NCBI GenBank assembly: GCA_019634365.1
Contig: JAHQVM010000020.1
Location: 19,207-83,206 of the forward strand
DNA length: 64,000 nucleotides
Reading direction: 5' to 3'
From: Flavobacteriaceae bacterium
GTDB lineage: Bacteria; Bacteroidota; Bacteroidia; Flavobacteriales; Flavobacteriaceae
The notes beneath the pieces are model-generated. The model saw only the letters and a list, made by a program, of their open reading frames with translations. It was not told the origin of the DNA and did no database searches. Every line of letters starts with the position of its first letter. Positions within the stretch are counted from its first letter, which is position 1. Below are positions 60,513 to 64,000 of this stretch, one piece after another. Made by a program: the position numbers and the translations under genes.

Positions 60513-61823
60513 ATGATTAAGAAACCGAGTTTATCCTTTTGGCAAATTCTTAATATGAATGTTGGATTTTTAGGAATCCAATATAGTTTCGGATTGCAGC
60601 AAACCGCTATAAATCCTATCTTTCTTTACTTAGGCGCTCCCGAAGACATGCTTCCCATCTTAAATATAGCTGGGCCGGTTACCGGACTTATCGTACAACC
60701 TATTATTGGTGCGATGTCAGACAAAACATGGTCCAATCGTTGGGGAAGACGTAAACCTTATTTCCTTATTGGAGCACTTTTGGGAAGTCTCTGTTTATTT
60801 ATTTTCCCACATAGCCCGGTCCTTTGGTTCGCCGTTGGACTATTATGGATTCTCGATGTGGGTAATAACATGGCCATGGAACCTTATCGTGCCTTTGTGG
60901 GTGATAAGCTTCCCGAAAAGCAACTGAGCTTGGGATACCAAATGCAAAGTTTGTTTGTTGGAGCTGGAATTTTATTGGCCAACGGATCCATTGTTTTATT
61001 TCAATATTTGTTTGGCGGTGAATCCGTTGAAGAGGCAGGTAAGATTCCTCAGTGGATTTACTACTCTTTCTACATAGGTGCATTTTTGTCATTGACCACC
61101 ATCTTATGGTCTGTTTTCAAAACCCCAGAAATCCCTCCATCTGATGAAGAATTGGAAGAAATAAAAGAAATCAATAGCCTTCCTTTTGGTCAGCGAATCA
61201 TGAAACCTTTTAAAGAAATTGCAGATGCCATCAAGGATATGCCCAAGTTTATGTGGAAAATTGGCGCGGTCTATTTATTTCAATGGTATGCCTTGTTTAT
61301 ATACTGGCAATTTACAACACCATTGTTCAAGCTAACCATGGATTACACTACTTCCGAAGCGGCATCACAGGCAGCCAAAATGAGCTTTACATACAATACC
61401 GTAACCATGTTCGTAGCCCTTGCACTTGTTCCTTTAACCCTAAAATTTGGAGGCAAAAAAATCTATGCAGTTAGCCTTTTGGGTACTGCCGCAGCGCTAT
61501 TCATAATACCCTATATCTCCGATCCCAATTTAGTTTTAGTTCCCATGATATTGTTCGGTGTAGGCTGGGCCGCCATGATGGGGATTCCTTACACCATGGT
61601 TTCTAAAGTAGTACCCCAGGAACGAAGAGGTGTATATATGGGAATCCTGAATATGATGATCGTCATCCCAATGTTTATCCAGACTTTAAGTTTTGGACCC
61701 ATTTATAAATATCTGTTAGGGGATAATGCAGTTAATGCCATGTTGTTTGCTGGGGTCTTCTTTGCGATTGCCGCATTCCTGGCCATGCGACTCAATGTTC
61801 CAAAAACTCAAGTAACCGAATAG
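60513..61823 (+). CDS. MFS disaccharide transporter (MalT/SLC45 sucrose-maltose type)
   Basis: FWQILNMNVGFLGIQ, GPVTGLIVQPIIG.MSD, GRRKPY, MEPYRA and GVYMGI motifs. Confidence 0.88.
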   Translation: MIKKPSLSFWQILNMNVGFLGIQYSFGLQQTAINPIFLYLGAPEDMLPILNIAGPVTGLIVQPIIGAMSDKTWSNRWGRRKPYFLIGALLGSLCLFIFPHSPVLWFAVGLLWILDVGNNMAMEPYRAFVGDKLPEKQLSLGYQMQSLFVGAGILLANGSIVLFQYLFGGESVEEAGKIPQWIYYSFYIGAFLSLTTILWSVFKTPEIPPSDEELEEIKEINSLPFGQRIMKPFKEIADAIKDMPKFMWKIGAVYLFQWYALFIYWQFTTPLFKLTMDYTTSEAASQAAKMSFTYNTVTMFVALALVPLTLKFGGKKIYAVSLLGTAAALFIIPYISDPNLVLVPMILFGVGWAAMMGIPYTMVSKVVPQERRGVYMGILNMMIVIPMFIQTLSFGPIYKYLLGDNAVNAMLFAGVFFAIAAFLAMRLNVPKTQVTE

Positions 61824-61826
61824 GGC

Positions 61827-63044
61827 ATGAAAAACCTCGGAATCAAAATATCGCTCTTTTTAAATTATTTTGTTTTTGCATTCTTATTAAATAGTGTAGG
61901 AACGGTGATCCTACAGGTACAACGAAGCATGGATGTTTCGAAGGCCGATGCTAGTGTTTTGGAAGGATTTAAAGACATTCCTATTGCCATCGCCTCTTTC
62001 ATTTTAGCATCATTTCTTCCAAAAATTGGACTGAAAAAATCCATGTTAATTGGACTGGCTTTAGTCTCTGTGTTTTGCTTCATAACTCCTTTTACCAATG
62101 ATTTCTGGTATTTCAAGATCCTCTTTATGGCCATTGGGATTTCATTTGCATTGATTAAAGTATCTGTATTCGCTACTATTGGACTCATTACAAATGGTCA
62201 AAAAGAACATGGAAGTTTCATGGGAATACTGGAAGCTATTTTTATGGCAGGTATTTTAGTCGGAAACTTGGTTTTTAGTCTTTTCATAGATGATGTAAAT
62301 CCCAAATCGGATACGTGGCTAAATATCTATTGGTTCATGGGCGGTATTACCGTTTTGGCCTTTTTTGTATTGTTCGTCTCCAAACTAGATGAGTCTGAAG
62401 CCAAAATTGAACAGAGAAATTTTTCAGAAGATTTCAAAGAAATGCTGTTGCTCATCGCAAAATCCCTCACCATTGTTTTCATCGTTAGTGTTTTCTTATA
62501 TGTCCTCATCGAACAAAGTTTCCAAACCTGGTTTCCAACCTTTTATGAAGACATCCTTAAAACCCCTGCAAGTATGGCGATACAAGCCGGAGCAGTGCTG
62601 GGAGGAGCCTTTATGATAGGAAGATTCTTGGGGGGAATTCTACTCAAAAAAATAAAATGGGTTTACCTCATTAGCTTTTGTTTAGTAGCAGCAGCCATCA
62701 TTGTAATTATTGTACTACCACTTGCGGAGAATCAATCATTGAGTTCAGAAATTAGTTGGACCAATGCTCCTCTAGTGGTTTATCTTATGCCACTCATGGG
62801 ATTGTTTCTTGCTCCCGTTTATCCAACTTTGAATTCGACGATCCTTTCAGCTTTGCCCAAGCATATGCATAGCTCAATGTCAGGTCTAATTGTCGTTTTT
62901 TCAGCTCTTGGAGGCACTACGGGATCCATCATCACTGGAAATGTCTTCGAAATGTATAGTGGTACCACTGCATTCTATTTTTCGCTCATACCCATTACGG
63001 CAATTTTAATTGCCATTTGGATTTTATTTAGACTCACAAAATAA
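61827..63044 (+). CDS. MFS transporter (FucP/glucose-galactose-like)
   Basis: 12-TM pattern; LYVLIEQ, MIGRFLG and P.YPT motifs. Confidence 0.8.
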   Translation: MKNLGIKISLFLNYFVFAFLLNSVGTVILQVQRSMDVSKADASVLEGFKDIPIAIASFILASFLPKIGLKKSMLIGLALVSVFCFITPFTNDFWYFKILFMAIGISFALIKVSVFATIGLITNGQKEHGSFMGILEAIFMAGILVGNLVFSLFIDDVNPKSDTWLNIYWFMGGITVLAFFVLFVSKLDESEAKIEQRNFSEDFKEMLLLIAKSLTIVFIVSVFLYVLIEQSFQTWFPTFYEDILKTPASMAIQAGAVLGGAFMIGRFLGGILLKKIKWVYLISFCLVAAAIIVIIVLPLAENQSLSSEISWTNAPLVVYLMPLMGLFLAPVYPTLNSTILSALPKHMHSSMSGLIVVFSALGGTTGSIITGNVFEMYSGTTAFYFSLIPITAILIAIWILFRLTK

Positions 63045-63060
63045 ACCCTTGAGCCACTAA

Positions 63061-64000
63061 ATGAAATTGACAGTCTCTATACAAGATACACTCGCCAGGC
63101 TCCTAGCCCAAGAAGACACCGATGGCGACAAAAAAATTACCATTGAAGATCAAGGACCGAAGGAATTCACCCTTCAATCCGGTGCCGACTCCTACACCGT
63201 ACGCAGCACCTATCACCTTTCCAATTTGCTTCAGGAATTGGTGATTGCCAAAAACGAAGGGAAAACGGAATGGGAAATCGATCCCTCCAAAATCGAAGAA
63301 TTACCCGTACAGCGAATTTCGAGAATGATTCGCGATTATTACTGGAAGGGCCTCACCCGAACCATGGACATTCATGGGATCGAAGCACTCCTTGCCGACA
63401 CCAAAAATGAAACCATCGAGAACCAAACCCTAACGGTTTTCGTTCCGTATGGCGACGCATTGGCGCTTAAATACTACACCGAACTACAACGGCAATTACC
63501 CTTGAACATCGTTCGGTTACCTGAAAAAATAACTCCCAAATACGTTAAGACTCTTAACAACAATAGCGGTATCCTTGCCTTGAAACTTTCAGAAAAGAAC
63601 GCAGGAATCCGAGGCGAACCCTTTGTGGTTCCCGGCGGAAGATTCAACGAAATGTATGGCTGGGACAGTTATTTCGAAGCGGTTGGATTATTGCTGGATT
63701 CAAAAATTGAACTTGCCTTGGGCATGGCCAATAACTTTCAGTATGAAATCAAACACTACGGAAAGATTCTAAATGCCAATCGGTCGTATTACCTAACGCG
63801 TACCCAACCCCCGTTTTACAGCAGTATGATCTCCGAAATTTTCGAGCATACCAAGGACAAAAAATGGTTGAAAAGTCATTTGGAAACGGCCATTCAGGAA
63901 TATGAAACCGTCTGGATGGTCAAAGGAAAAAGACTTACTCCCAATGGATTAAATCGCTACCTGGCAGAAGGAATTGGAATGCCACCAGAGGCCGAAGAGG
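63061..64000 (+). CDS. GH37 neutral trehalase with N-terminal Ca-binding motif (3' truncated; absent from ORF track)
   Basis: Manual translation gives MKLTVSIQ...EDTDGDKKITIED...LSNLLQEL...FVVPGGRFNEMYGWDSYF...YGKILNANRSYYLTRTQPPF. Confidence 0.92.
   Translation, partial: MKLTVSIQDTLARLLAQEDTDGDKKITIEDQGPKEFTLQSGADSYTVRSTYHLSNLLQELVIAKNEGKTEWEIDPSKIEELPVQRISRMIRDYYWKGLTRTMDIHGIEALLADTKNETIENQTLTVFVPYGDALALKYYTELQRQLPLNIVRLPEKITPKYVKTLNNNSGILALKLSEKNAGIRGEPFVVPGGRFNEMYGWDSYFEAVGLLLDSKIELALGMANNFQYEIKHYGKILNANRSYYLTRTQPPFYSSMISEIFEHTKDKKWLKSHLETAIQEYETVWMVKGKRLTPNGLNRYLAEGIGMPPEAEE

Overview
Flavobacteriaceae-like (Bacteroidota) chromosomal segment, inferred from gene order, SusC/SusD and TAnnTTTG-type promoters. 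Bases 1-31.9 kb are mostly conserved housekeeping and envelope genes: mrdA-rodA, nuclease, ABC permease, prc, surE, lpxB, NlpC/P60, ComEC, two thioredoxins, POT transporter, DPP-IV, HMG-CoA reductase plus GHMP kinase, PpiD, CBS/hemolysin, lptC, TPR protein, FadL-like barrel, coaX and tRNA-Phe. Two inserts interrupt this run: a TPR-LytS/LytTR two-component system with a 21-bp-phased repeat promoter and two paralogous orphan lipoproteins (3.5-8.0 kb), and a small 2-TM gene broken at a T10 tract (13.6-14.0 kb). A 177-bp highly structured tRNA-3'-end repeat follows tRNA-Phe. Bases 32.3-64 kb form a LacI-associated sugar locus: unclassified six-hairpin GH, fructokinase, sugar porter, GH32, SusC/SusD, GH97, GH100-like enzyme, two MFS transporters and a fungal-type GH37 trehalase cut by the window end. 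Directly behind susCD lies a non-CAZyme cassette of three ~1100-aa FG-GAP/ASPIC-UnbV lipoproteins, a vanadium haloperoxidase (iodoperoxidase-type) lipoprotein and a GyrI-like protein. That cassette is the best candidate for an unexplained system. All family calls come from motif recognition by eye; no database searches were run.
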